Of a stretch of DNA of 64,000 nt, positions 8,871 through 17,311 are shown piece after piece. Numbering within the stretch: the first letter of the stretch is position 1; each line of letters opens with the position of its first letter. This DNA comes from Candidatus Eiseniibacteriota bacterium. GTDB taxonomy: Bacteria; Eisenbacteria; RBG-16-71-46. The notes below the pieces were generated by a model. The model was not told where the DNA came from, did not search any database, and saw nothing but the letters and a program-made list of their open reading frames with translations. Position numbers and translations under genes: made by a program. The stretch is taken from contig CAVSAC010000019.1 in NCBI GenBank assembly GCA_963725865.1, forward strand, positions 1 through 64,000, in the 5' to 3' direction.

Positions 8871-11192
8871 TCAGCGCAGCACGACGCTCTCCAGCGTCTG
8901 GATCCGCTTGCCGCGGAAGCCGCGGATGCTCTCGGGGGCGCCGGCCGGCTTCAGGACGTCGGCGGCCAGCACGGACTTGTCGAAGACCACGCCGGTCTTC
9001 TTCGTGATCGCGGTGATCGGCATCTGGTAGACCGCGTAGTCGTCCATGTTCATGCGCTCGAAGCCGAGCCGCTGCACCGGCTCGGTCTGATCGAATACGA
9101 AGCCGTAGGCCAGCTTCACTTTCTTGCCATTCTCGAGACTCACGCACATCACGAGCTTCCAGAACTCCATCGGCACCCGGATGGTGCTGCCGTTCTGGTA
9201 GCCGTGCTCGGGATCGGCGGGGTTCAGCACCGGGCCGGCGAACACCACCATCCGGCCGCCGACCGCGCCCACCTCCGCCTGGATGTGCTCCTCGAACTTG
9301 CCCCAGATGCCGTCCTTGCCGCTCTGGTTGAACGCCTCGCTCTGCGGCGTGCAATTGGTCCAGTGGTAGGTGTCGCTGTTGCCGTACTCCGCTTCCTGGG
9401 CGCTCGCTCCCCACGCGCCATCCTCGCGCCTCACGATGTGCCCGCGATCGATCTTCTTGGCGGGCGCGTAGAAGTCGGCGTCCTCGATCTGCAGCCCCGG
9501 AGCCTCGAGCGCCACGCGCGGGTCCAGGCGCCAGTTCTCGCCGCCGTAGTCCTTGCGGTTCTTCGTGTACTTCCGCGCGCCGTCGCTGTAGTCCACGTTG
9601 CTGGCCGCCCACGCCAGCAGCCGGCGGTCCCGGTTCATCACCAGGGAGTAGTGGTAGTAGGGGATCATCCAGACCTTGTTCTGCGCGTTCTTGAGCGGCG
9701 CGCCCGAGTGCTGCGGGTTCAGCGTGGGCGCGGGGATCCGCCAGCCGCTCAGGAACGTCGGCTTGTAGCCGTGCTTCGTGCGGAGCTTGTAGTCCTCGTC
9801 GAACTTCAGCGTCTTCTCGCGGAACTCCGCGGGAGCCTCGGGCGCCGGCGTGGGATGGGCGCTCGTGTTCAGGTCGACGCCGGGGACCGTCACGGAGGAC
9901 GTGGTCACCTGGATGGTCACGGGTCCGCTGAACTGGAACAGGTTCTGGGCCATGTCCGTCCTCATCCTCTCGTCGGGGTTCGAAACGTCGTCGGTCGCCG
10001 GGGTGATGAGCGGGCTCTGCTCCACGACCGTGCGCAGTGGGTCCCGCGTGTGCTCCAGCAGATCGGCCAGGATCCGCTGCTGCTCGGGCCGCGGCATCTG
10101 CTGCTGGGAGAGTGACGCCACCAGTGCGCTCACGCGCACGCCCTCGTTGGCGATCCAGATCAGGTCGCTGTCGGCGACCTCGGCGTCCAGCGGCACCCGC
10201 TGGCCATCGGTCTTCACCAGCATGCCGTTCTCCATCTTCGGCACGCCGCAGTGGTGGAGTCCGATGGTCTCCCAGTACTGGCTGAACACCGGCGAGCCGC
10301 TGGACCCCTCGAGCGTGTCCGTCTCGTAGAGCAGGAATCCATCCTCGCGCAGGTCGAGCAGGCGGTTGTTGACGGTCGCGTACTGCTTCGGGCCGCCGTT
10401 GGGGTGCTCGATGATGTTCACCGGATCCCCCTTGCGGATCTTGCCGGTGACTCCGATCAAGGGCAGGTACCTGAACTGGTTCAGCGCCGCGCCGTCGAGC
10501 GACGTGACCTTCACCGCGACCACGGCGTAGTCGAGTCCCTGGTCGTTGATGAAGAACCGGTCCGGATCGAACTCGAAGATCACCCCCTCGCGCAGTCCGC
10601 CCGGCGCCCGCTCGTAGAGGAACTGGGCGCCCACACCGCGCGCCTCGTCGAGCGTGCGGAACACGTGGTAGTTGGTGATGACGAGCTCAGGCGCGATCAG
10701 GAACCCGGTGGCGAACCCCTGCGGGACCAGCCCCGCGCCGGGCAGCGTGACGATGCGCACGACCGGCCGCCCGGCCTTGAGCGCCTGCTCGTTCGGGGGC
10801 AGATCCACGAAGTCCAGCGTGGCCCCGATCTGCCGCTCCGCCGTCACCCGCAGATTCCGGTACGCGGTGCTGTCGAACACGGCGCGCAGCCGCTGCCGCT
10901 CCTCGAACTGCCCGCGCTGCTCCGGCGTGATCGTCCCGATCGGCGCGCGCGGCAGCGTCTCGGTCGGCAGGCCTTCGGCGGCGCTCGGAGGCGCGATGTC
11001 GCGGGCGTCCGCGGCAGCGCGCGGCGGCGCGATGTCCCGAGCGGCGCCGGCGGCGCGCCGAGCCGTGATGTCGCGGATGGCTTCGGCGGCGCGTGGCGCC
11101 GGCGCAGCCGGCTGCGACCCCATCCATCGATCGTGCGCGCGCAGGCACAGGTCGCGACGCTCGGCCCGCACGCGCTTGTCCAGATCCATCAT
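8871..11192 (-). CDS. Trypsin-like serine protease fused to DNA/RNA non-specific (NucA/EndoG-type) endonuclease
   Basis: Protease triad TNYHV / LDYAVV / GSSGSPV; nuclease DRGH and TNCTPQ...FNQ...W..FE; GGAGG RBS; no signal peptide. Confidence 0.92.
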   Translation of the reverse strand: MMDLDKRVRAERRDLCLRAHDRWMGSQPAAPAPRAAEAIRDITARRAAGAARDIAPPRAAADARDIAPPSAAEGLPTETLPRAPIGTITPEQRGQFEERQRLRAVFDSTAYRNLRVTAERQIGATLDFVDLPPNEQALKAGRPVVRIVTLPGAGLVPQGFATGFLIAPELVITNYHVFRTLDEARGVGAQFLYERAPGGLREGVIFEFDPDRFFINDQGLDYAVVAVKVTSLDGAALNQFRYLPLIGVTGKIRKGDPVNIIEHPNGGPKQYATVNNRLLDLREDGFLLYETDTLEGSSGSPVFSQYWETIGLHHCGVPKMENGMLVKTDGQRVPLDAEVADSDLIWIANEGVRVSALVASLSQQQMPRPEQQRILADLLEHTRDPLRTVVEQSPLITPATDDVSNPDERMRTDMAQNLFQFSGPVTIQVTTSSVTVPGVDLNTSAHPTPAPEAPAEFREKTLKFDEDYKLRTKHGYKPTFLSGWRIPAPTLNPQHSGAPLKNAQNKVWMIPYYHYSLVMNRDRRLLAWAASNVDYSDGARKYTKNRKDYGGENWRLDPRVALEAPGLQIEDADFYAPAKKIDRGHIVRREDGAWGASAQEAEYGNSDTYHWTNCTPQSEAFNQSGKDGIWGKFEEHIQAEVGAVGGRMVVFAGPVLNPADPEHGYQNGSTIRVPMEFWKLVMCVSLENGKKVKLAYGFVFDQTEPVQRLGFERMNMDDYAVYQMPITAITKKTGVVFDKSVLAADVLKPAGAPESIRGFRGKRIQTLESVVLR
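10977..11093 (-). repeat. About three imperfect 36-nt tandem repeats (RDI[TA]xxRAAxxA) in the protease-nuclease N-terminus
   Basis: RDITARRAAGAA / RDIAPPRAAADA / RDIAPPSAAEG. Confidence 0.75.
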
Positions 11193-11221
11193 GCCCGACC
11201 TCCATGTGGGTGCTCGGTCCC

Positions 11222-12838
11222 TCACCGTCCGGCGGCCCGCGCCGCCCGCATCGCGTTCGCGAGACGCACCTGCTCGATGCTGAGCACGTAGTCGGTGAGC
11301 CAGTCGATGAACTCGACGCGGAAGAAGTCGCTGTGACCGTCGATCACGTCGCGCTTCGACCGCACCACCAACGCGGGCCGCGGTCGCTCCATGCCCGTGT
11401 TCGCGCTCATGCGCACCACCCCGTGAACGTGCAGGGCGAACAGATCGGCGGGCTGGGGCTCGGGACGCGCCGCGGCCTTCGCGGTGTCGGCCTGCGCCCG
11501 GCGGACGGACAATTGATCGCGGCCCTCCTCGATCACGCGCAATCGCGCGCGCTGCTTCGCCTCGTCGCCCTTGTCCACGAGCTCCATCTGGTGGGTGACC
11601 TGGCGCCCGTAGGCGCCGAACGCCTGGCCCTCGAGCTCCTGTTGCCGGCCTTTCTGCTTGGCGCGCCCGAACAGCTGGAGCCCGCGCATGAGCTTGAACA
11701 GGCCGTTGCGCGCGAAGTCGTTCTCGGCCGAAACCGTCACCATCAGCGGGAGCTGGTCCTCGCGGAACTCGGCGCTCCGCACCATGCCGTCGATGCGCCG
11801 GTAGGCCGACGCCTCGATCGCCGGATTCACGAGCACGAGCAGGTCGCCGACCCCGCGCACGACGCTGTCGCAGGGGATCGCGCGCTCGAGATGCTCGGGC
11901 GGGTAGGCGCGACCGGCGAGCCCGCGGCCGTCCTTGGCGGCCGACCCCGCGATCGCGGTCCCCAGGTTGTCCTCGATGCGCGAGCTGAGCGCGCTGAACA
12001 TCAGATGCCCGCCGTAGCTGTGCCCGACGTACACCAGCCCGAGCGGCTTGACCGCGACCGGATCGAGGCGCGCCCGCGCGTTGATCTCGCGGTGCAGGTC
12101 GTCGAGGCGCAGCAGGAAGGTCCGCACGTCGCCGGTTCCCACCACGCCCGCCGTCTGCTTGCGCGAGGAGCTGGTGAAGTAGATCGGCAAATCGAGCGTG
12201 GCGGGACCGAGCCAGGACAGGTACGGGAGCGTGCGCGTGACGCGCCCCAGCTCGGGCCACGCCTTGCCGCGCCAGCCGACGTAGATCCCGAAGATCGTCA
12301 TGTTCGGATCGCGCGTGAGCGCCGCGCGCGGACCCCGGAAGTCCGCCGTGTTCAGGTTCCGCGCGAGGTGGCGCAGCGTGGCCTCGAACGACGCCAGGTC
12401 GGCATCACCGTCCTTGGCGTTGTGCCGCCAGCCGTGCGCGTACACGATCACCGCCACGTTGGTGCGCGCGTGCAGGGCCTGCAGCGAGTCGAGCAGCACG
12501 CGGGCCTGCGTGGTGTCGCGCATCCAGCCGAAGTCGTCGAACTCGACGTAGCTCAGGCGCACCTGGGCCGTGTCCGCCTCGACGGTCTTCACGTGCGGCG
12601 GCTGGTAGCGGGTCTGGTAGCCGTGGTTCCAGCGGCTGGGCGCGTAGGCGCACACGCCCGCCACGCCACCGCCAATCCCCCACGCGAGCGGCGAGCAGCT
12701 TGCGCCCAGGGCCGCGAGGAGCGCGAGCGCGAGCCCGGCGCCGGCGCGACGGAGGAGCGGGCGATCCAACTGGAGCCTCCTGGAGGTGGAACGGCACGAG
12801 CTCCGGCGCGACCACGCCGGCCGCTGCGCGCGCCTCAT
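11222..12838 (-). CDS. Alpha/beta-hydrolase-fold protein, probably exported or membrane-anchored
   Basis: YAHGWRHNA, YVGWRG, nucleophile elbow GHSYGG, C-terminal IDGHSD; hydrophobic N-terminal segment; TGATG overlap with the upstream gene. Confidence 0.8.
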   Translation of the reverse strand: MRRAQRPAWSRRSSCRSTSRRLQLDRPLLRRAGAGLALALLAALGASCSPLAWGIGGGVAGVCAYAPSRWNHGYQTRYQPPHVKTVEADTAQVRLSYVEFDDFGWMRDTTQARVLLDSLQALHARTNVAVIVYAHGWRHNAKDGDADLASFEATLRHLARNLNTADFRGPRAALTRDPNMTIFGIYVGWRGKAWPELGRVTRTLPYLSWLGPATLDLPIYFTSSSRKQTAGVVGTGDVRTFLLRLDDLHREINARARLDPVAVKPLGLVYVGHSYGGHLMFSALSSRIEDNLGTAIAGSAAKDGRGLAGRAYPPEHLERAIPCDSVVRGVGDLLVLVNPAIEASAYRRIDGMVRSAEFREDQLPLMVTVSAENDFARNGLFKLMRGLQLFGRAKQKGRQQELEGQAFGAYGRQVTHQMELVDKGDEAKQRARLRVIEEGRDQLSVRRAQADTAKAAARPEPQPADLFALHVHGVVRMSANTGMERPRPALVVRSKRDVIDGHSDFFRVEFIDWLTDYVLSIEQVRLANAMRAARAAGR

Positions 12839-13626
12839 CACGGAACCTTCAGCAGCGCGGTTTCCGAGGACGCGATCGGGTAACCGCCCTCGAGCGCCTC
12901 CACCTGCCAGGCGACGGTGCGGCCGGCGCCGAGCCCGGCGGGCAGGTGCCCGGACGCGAGCACCGCGATCGTGTCGGCCACCGGCCCGAGGCTCGCGATC
13001 GGCGCGAGGTCCGCGTCGAGGAACACGAGACGATAGGCGTCGGCGCCCGCCACCGCGCTCCAGCGCAGCTCGACTCCGGCTGCGACAGCGCGCGGCGCGC
13101 CCAGGACGGGGCGCTCCTGCGCGCGCACCGCGGTCGAGTCGGGGGCCGCGCGCAGCCGGTCAGCGTCCGGGCGCGCGCGTCCACGCGGGCCGAGATACCA
13201 ACCGATCGCGAGCACCAGCACCGCCACCACGCCCCACGCCAGACTCGGCGGTCCGAACGGGATCCGTGGCGGCCGGGAGCCGATCGCGCGCGCGGGCCGC
13301 GATGCCGGCGATGGCGGCGAGGGAGCGGGCGATGAAGACGACGCGGGCTCCGCGGGCGGCGGCGTCGGTGCGGTCGGTTCCGCGCGCCCCGCGGCCCGCG
13401 TCCCGGCCGGCTCCTGCAGCGCGCGCTCGAACGCCGCGCGCAGGCGAGCGGCGGCCTGCTGCGGGTCGATCGCCTCCGGCACGCCGCGGTCCTCGAGGAA
13501 CTCGACGTAGGCGCTCATCAGGCGGCGGCAGCGCGGGCACGCCGCGGCCGCGCGCCGCAGCGGATCGTCGAGCGCGAGCGCGTGGACGCGGTCCAGCTCT
13601 TCCACGGCCAGGCAGCGGTGGCTCAC
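12838..13626 (-). CDS. Putative transmembrane anti-sigma factor (ZAS-like N-terminus, TM, FN3-like C-terminus)
   Basis: GTGA overlap with the ECF stop; N-terminal HRC...CPRC; TM LAWGVVAVLVLAIGWYL; LRWSAVAGADAYRL...WQVEAL. Confidence 0.8.
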   Translation of the reverse strand: MSHRCLAVEELDRVHALALDDPLRRAAAACPRCRRLMSAYVEFLEDRGVPEAIDPQQAAARLRAAFERALQEPAGTRAAGRAEPTAPTPPPAEPASSSSPAPSPPSPASRPARAIGSRPPRIPFGPPSLAWGVVAVLVLAIGWYLGPRGRARPDADRLRAAPDSTAVRAQERPVLGAPRAVAAGVELRWSAVAGADAYRLVFLDADLAPIASLGPVADTIAVLASGHLPAGLGAGRTVAWQVEALEGGYPIASSETALLKVP

Positions 13627-14207
13627 GCGGAGCCTCCTTCCCGGGCGCCGCTGCGCTCGAGCGCCTGGCGCAGCTTCTTGCGCGCGCTCTGCAGCACCGA
13701 GCGTGCGCCCGAGGTGCCCGCGATCCCGAGCCGCCGCGTGACCTCGTCCACCGGTAGCCGCTCGATGCACCGCATCCACAGCGCGTCCTGCTCCCGCGGA
13801 TCGAGCACCGCGCGGATCAGCTCCAGCAGCCGCTGCTCGTCCTGGGCGCGCTCGAAACGCTCGAGCGGATCGTTTCCGGCGCCCGCGATCGTGTCGACGT
13901 CGACCTGCTCGTCGCGCGCGAGCGACACCGGGCGCAGCGCGCGGTGGCAGCGGTTGCGCGCGATGGTGAAGATCCACGTCGAGTAGCGGGAACGGCCCTC
14001 GAACGACGGCAGCGCCCGATACGCGCTCACCAGCACGTCCTGCGCGAGATCCAAGGCCTCCTCCTGATTCCGGACGCGCCGCGCGCACCACAGGAAGACG
14101 CGCTCCCGGTAGCGCTCGAACAGCGCACGCGCGGCCGCCTGGCCACCCGCTCCGGTCGGGTCGCACCGGAAGCGCTCGACCAGCGCCTCGTCGGAGTCGT
14201 CGCTCAT
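13623..14207 (-). CDS. ECF RNA polymerase sigma factor
   Basis: SDEALV, EEALDLAQDVLV, FEGRSRYSTWIFTIARN, region-4 HTH; ATGA overlap with the CHAT stop. Confidence 0.93.
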   Translation of the reverse strand: MSDDSDEALVERFRCDPTGAGGQAAARALFERYRERVFLWCARRVRNQEEALDLAQDVLVSAYRALPSFEGRSRYSTWIFTIARNRCHRALRPVSLARDEQVDVDTIAGAGNDPLERFERAQDEQRLLELIRAVLDPREQDALWMRCIERLPVDEVTRRLGIAGTSGARSVLQSARKKLRQALERSGAREGGSA

Positions 14208-17056
14208 GAGGTTAGAGTCGCGCGGCCGGGGTTCGTCAGCAAGGAACGTCCGCGCCGCCAGCCCAGGGCGCCCAGCACCACCGCGGCCGCGCCGGCCGCG
14301 GCGGCCACGGGCGCCAGCGGCGGCCGCGCGCGCAGCGGAACGCGCACGTCGCCATCGCCCAGCACCACGAACCCGGCCCAGTAGAACGGATGGCGGGTCT
14401 CCGGGCGCGCCCGGATCTCGAGCTGCGCCGCGCGCAACGCGCCCGCGACCGTGCGGCCCGCGGCGAGGTGGCGGTAGAAGGCCTGCATCAGGCGCTCGGT
14501 CGCCCGGTCGCTGACCGGCCACAGCGTCGCCACGGTGGCGGTGACGCCGGCGGAGACGAACGCCGCCGAGAGACTCTGGACCCCTTCGCCCGCGGCGATC
14601 CGCCCCGATGCCGACTCGCAGCTCGAGAGCACCGCGAGCCGCGCGTTCAGGCGCAGCGCCGAGATCCGCTCGGCGCGCAGCGCGCCCTCGTCTCCGCCAC
14701 CTCCGAGCCGGATGCCGGAGCGCCACGGGTGCTCGTCGTCGAGCGTCGTGTGGGCCGCGAGGTGCAGCACGTCGTAGGGCTCCAGGCGCGCGGGCGTCGC
14801 GAGCACCGCGCCGGCCGCATCGCTCCCCGCGTCGACGCCGTGGAAATGGCCGGCCAGCCAGCGCACCTCGCCGCTCGCCCCCGGCAGCACGTCGCCGCCG
14901 CGCGCTCCCGCCACCCCGAGCACCCTCAGCGGGGCGGTGCCGCGAACCGCGACCGCACGCCGGCGCAGGTCGGCGAAGATGCTGGCCGAGGGCGTCAGCA
15001 CCACCTCGCGCCCCGCGATCAGCGCCGCGGGCGACGCGGACCCGCCCTCCGGCAGCGCCACGATCGCCCACGGGATCACGCCCAGCTCCTCGTCGGGCGA
15101 GACGATCACCCGCGTGCAGCCCGCCAGCAGATCGCGCAGCGGGGCGAGCAAGGTGGCGCCCAGGCGGCTCCCGGCATCCGCGACGAAGCGGCCGTCGGGG
15201 TCGGCGGGCTCGCGCCGCGCGGCGAGGCTGCGCAGCCGCTGGAGGCGCATGCGAAAGCCGGCGTCGATCAGGATCGGCACGAGGCGGCACTCGTCGCGCG
15301 TCACCGCCACCATCACGCCGGCGCCGGGGTGCACGAAGGTCTCGATCAGCAGCTCGCCATCGCGCAGCACCGAGCGCTGCAGCTCCGCGAGCGCGACCGG
15401 CGCACCGACCGCTTTGGAGTCGGCGGGCGCCTTCCAGGGGCCGACCATGCGTTCGCGCAGCGTGCGCGCCTTGAACCGCTCGATCGCGCCGAACACCGCC
15501 GCGCACCGGGGGTCCGCGGCGGACGCGGCCGCCGGGACGTTGGAGTCGCGGACCGACGCGCCCGCGAGATCGCTGGTGATCAGTCCTCCCACGCAGTCGC
15601 GAGCCGAGGTGCTCAGGTACTCGCGCGCCTCGGGGTCGCGCTGGCGCCCGCGGTTCGCCTCCCACAGCGTGGTCGCGTCCTCGAGCGTCGCGCGCGCCGC
15701 GACCGCGTCGCCCCGCTCGAGCAGCGCGAGGCCCTCGCGGACCCGCGCGCGGAACTCCAGATCGAGGCTCCCCGCGCGCCGCGCGTCGAGCAGCGCCTGG
15801 TGCGCCGAGCGCAGCGCATCCGCGGCCCGCCCCGCGCCCAGCTGTTGCTCCGACAGCTCGAGCCGCAGCTCGCAGGCCAGGACGGCGTTCACATCGCCTC
15901 GCAGGCGCCTGGACTCGGCTTCGAGCCGCGCGATCGCCTCCGCCCGCCGGTCCATCCGCGCCAGCGTGCGGCCAAACGTGGTGATCAGGTTGGTGCGCTG
16001 CGGCGCCGGAACCGAGTCCGCCAGCGCGAGGCCATGCCGGATGAACTCGGCCGCCTCCGGATAGCGGCGCTCGGCCACCCGGAGCCCCGCGAGTCGATTG
16101 AGCACCTGGATCTCGCCGAGCCGGTAGCCCGCGCGGCGCGAGCCCGCCAGCACCTGCTCGAGCACGACCCCCGCGTCGCGCAGCCGGCCCTGCTCCATCT
16201 GAACGAGCGCCAGGTTGCCGGCGGGCGCCACCGCGCCCACCTCGCGTCCGACCGAGCGGCTCAGCTCATAGGCGGCGCGATAGGCCTGCTCGGCCGCCGC
16301 CAGATCGCCGGTCATGTGCTCGATCGCGCCCAGGTTGTTGAGCACGCTGCTGCGGTTGTTCTCGTCGCCGGCCTCGCGGCAGACTATGTCGAGCTCGCGG
16401 TAGCAGCGGCGCGCGTCATCGAACCGGTCCTCACCTTCGTAGCATCGGCACAGCCCGACGTTGGCGTTGCGGAGCATGAAGCCCTCGCCCTTGCGCCCGA
16501 ACAGCTCCATCGCACGCTGGTAGCCGCGCTCGGCCGGCTCGCAGCGGCCCGCGAGCAGGTCGCCGTACGCGATCCCGAGCCGCGCGTACGCCTCGTTCAG
16601 GCTGTCGCCGCGCGCCAGCGAGAAGCGCAGCAGGTGCTGGTAGGTCGCCGCGGACTCCGAACCGCGGCCGAGCACGCTGAGCGAGAACCCGAGGTAGCGC
16701 AACGCCACGCCGAGCGGATTGCTGTCGCGGGCGGCCTCGGCCGCGCGCGCCGCCTCGCGCAGCACCGGCTCGGCCTCGCGCGCGCGGCTGGTCATCGCCA
16801 GGGCGGCGCCCTGCACCAGGTGCGCCGCGGCGGCCAGCGCGGGGTCGCGGCCGGCCTCCGGAGTGCGCAACACCTGCTCGACCAGGAGCACCGCCGAATC
16901 GGCGCGGATGGCGCGGAAGTAGCTCCGCGCCCGCTCGAGCGCCAGCCAGCCCGGCGTCGAGCGCGGCGGAGCCGCGGCGAGTGCGGGGACCGCGACGAGC
17001 AAGGGCAGGAGGCGGAGTGCTGCACGGCGGATGGCGCGACCGGGGAGTCCTGTCAT
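14204..17056 (-). CDS. TPR-CHAT (caspase/separase-like) protease with N-terminal signal peptide and C-terminal TM anchor
   Basis: TPRs (NNLGAI, GNLALV); ERFKARTL; SPDEELGVIPW; catalytic HLAAH and LSSCES; TLWPVSD; HPFYWAGF. Confidence 0.93.
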   Translation of the reverse strand: MTGLPGRAIRRAALRLLPLLVAVPALAAAPPRSTPGWLALERARSYFRAIRADSAVLLVEQVLRTPEAGRDPALAAAAHLVQGAALAMTSRAREAEPVLREAARAAEAARDSNPLGVALRYLGFSLSVLGRGSESAATYQHLLRFSLARGDSLNEAYARLGIAYGDLLAGRCEPAERGYQRAMELFGRKGEGFMLRNANVGLCRCYEGEDRFDDARRCYRELDIVCREAGDENNRSSVLNNLGAIEHMTGDLAAAEQAYRAAYELSRSVGREVGAVAPAGNLALVQMEQGRLRDAGVVLEQVLAGSRRAGYRLGEIQVLNRLAGLRVAERRYPEAAEFIRHGLALADSVPAPQRTNLITTFGRTLARMDRRAEAIARLEAESRRLRGDVNAVLACELRLELSEQQLGAGRAADALRSAHQALLDARRAGSLDLEFRARVREGLALLERGDAVAARATLEDATTLWEANRGRQRDPEAREYLSTSARDCVGGLITSDLAGASVRDSNVPAAASAADPRCAAVFGAIERFKARTLRERMVGPWKAPADSKAVGAPVALAELQRSVLRDGELLIETFVHPGAGVMVAVTRDECRLVPILIDAGFRMRLQRLRSLAARREPADPDGRFVADAGSRLGATLLAPLRDLLAGCTRVIVSPDEELGVIPWAIVALPEGGSASPAALIAGREVVLTPSASIFADLRRRAVAVRGTAPLRVLGVAGARGGDVLPGASGEVRWLAGHFHGVDAGSDAAGAVLATPARLEPYDVLHLAAHTTLDDEHPWRSGIRLGGGGDEGALRAERISALRLNARLAVLSSCESASGRIAAGEGVQSLSAAFVSAGVTATVATLWPVSDRATERLMQAFYRHLAAGRTVAGALRAAQLEIRARPETRHPFYWAGFVVLGDGDVRVPLRARPPLAPVAAAAGAAAVVLGALGWRRGRSLLTNPGRATLTS

Positions 17057-17311
17057 CGGAGCACGATTATGGGGTGCCTTGCGGCCGTCCGGCCACCCTC
17101 AAGTGGGGCCGGTTCGATCCCGGCGCCATGTCGGCCCCGCCGATGACCGCGTCGCTTCCCGCCGGCTTCGGCTCGGTGGCGATGATTCTCGCCGCGCCGG
17201 TGACTCCAAGGGCTCGACAGCGTCGCTCCCGCTCTGCGGCGCGCCGCGCTCCCGACCCGACCGAGCCGCCGGCCGGATGAGTCGCACCGCAACCGACCCC
17301 AGAGGTGCCTC

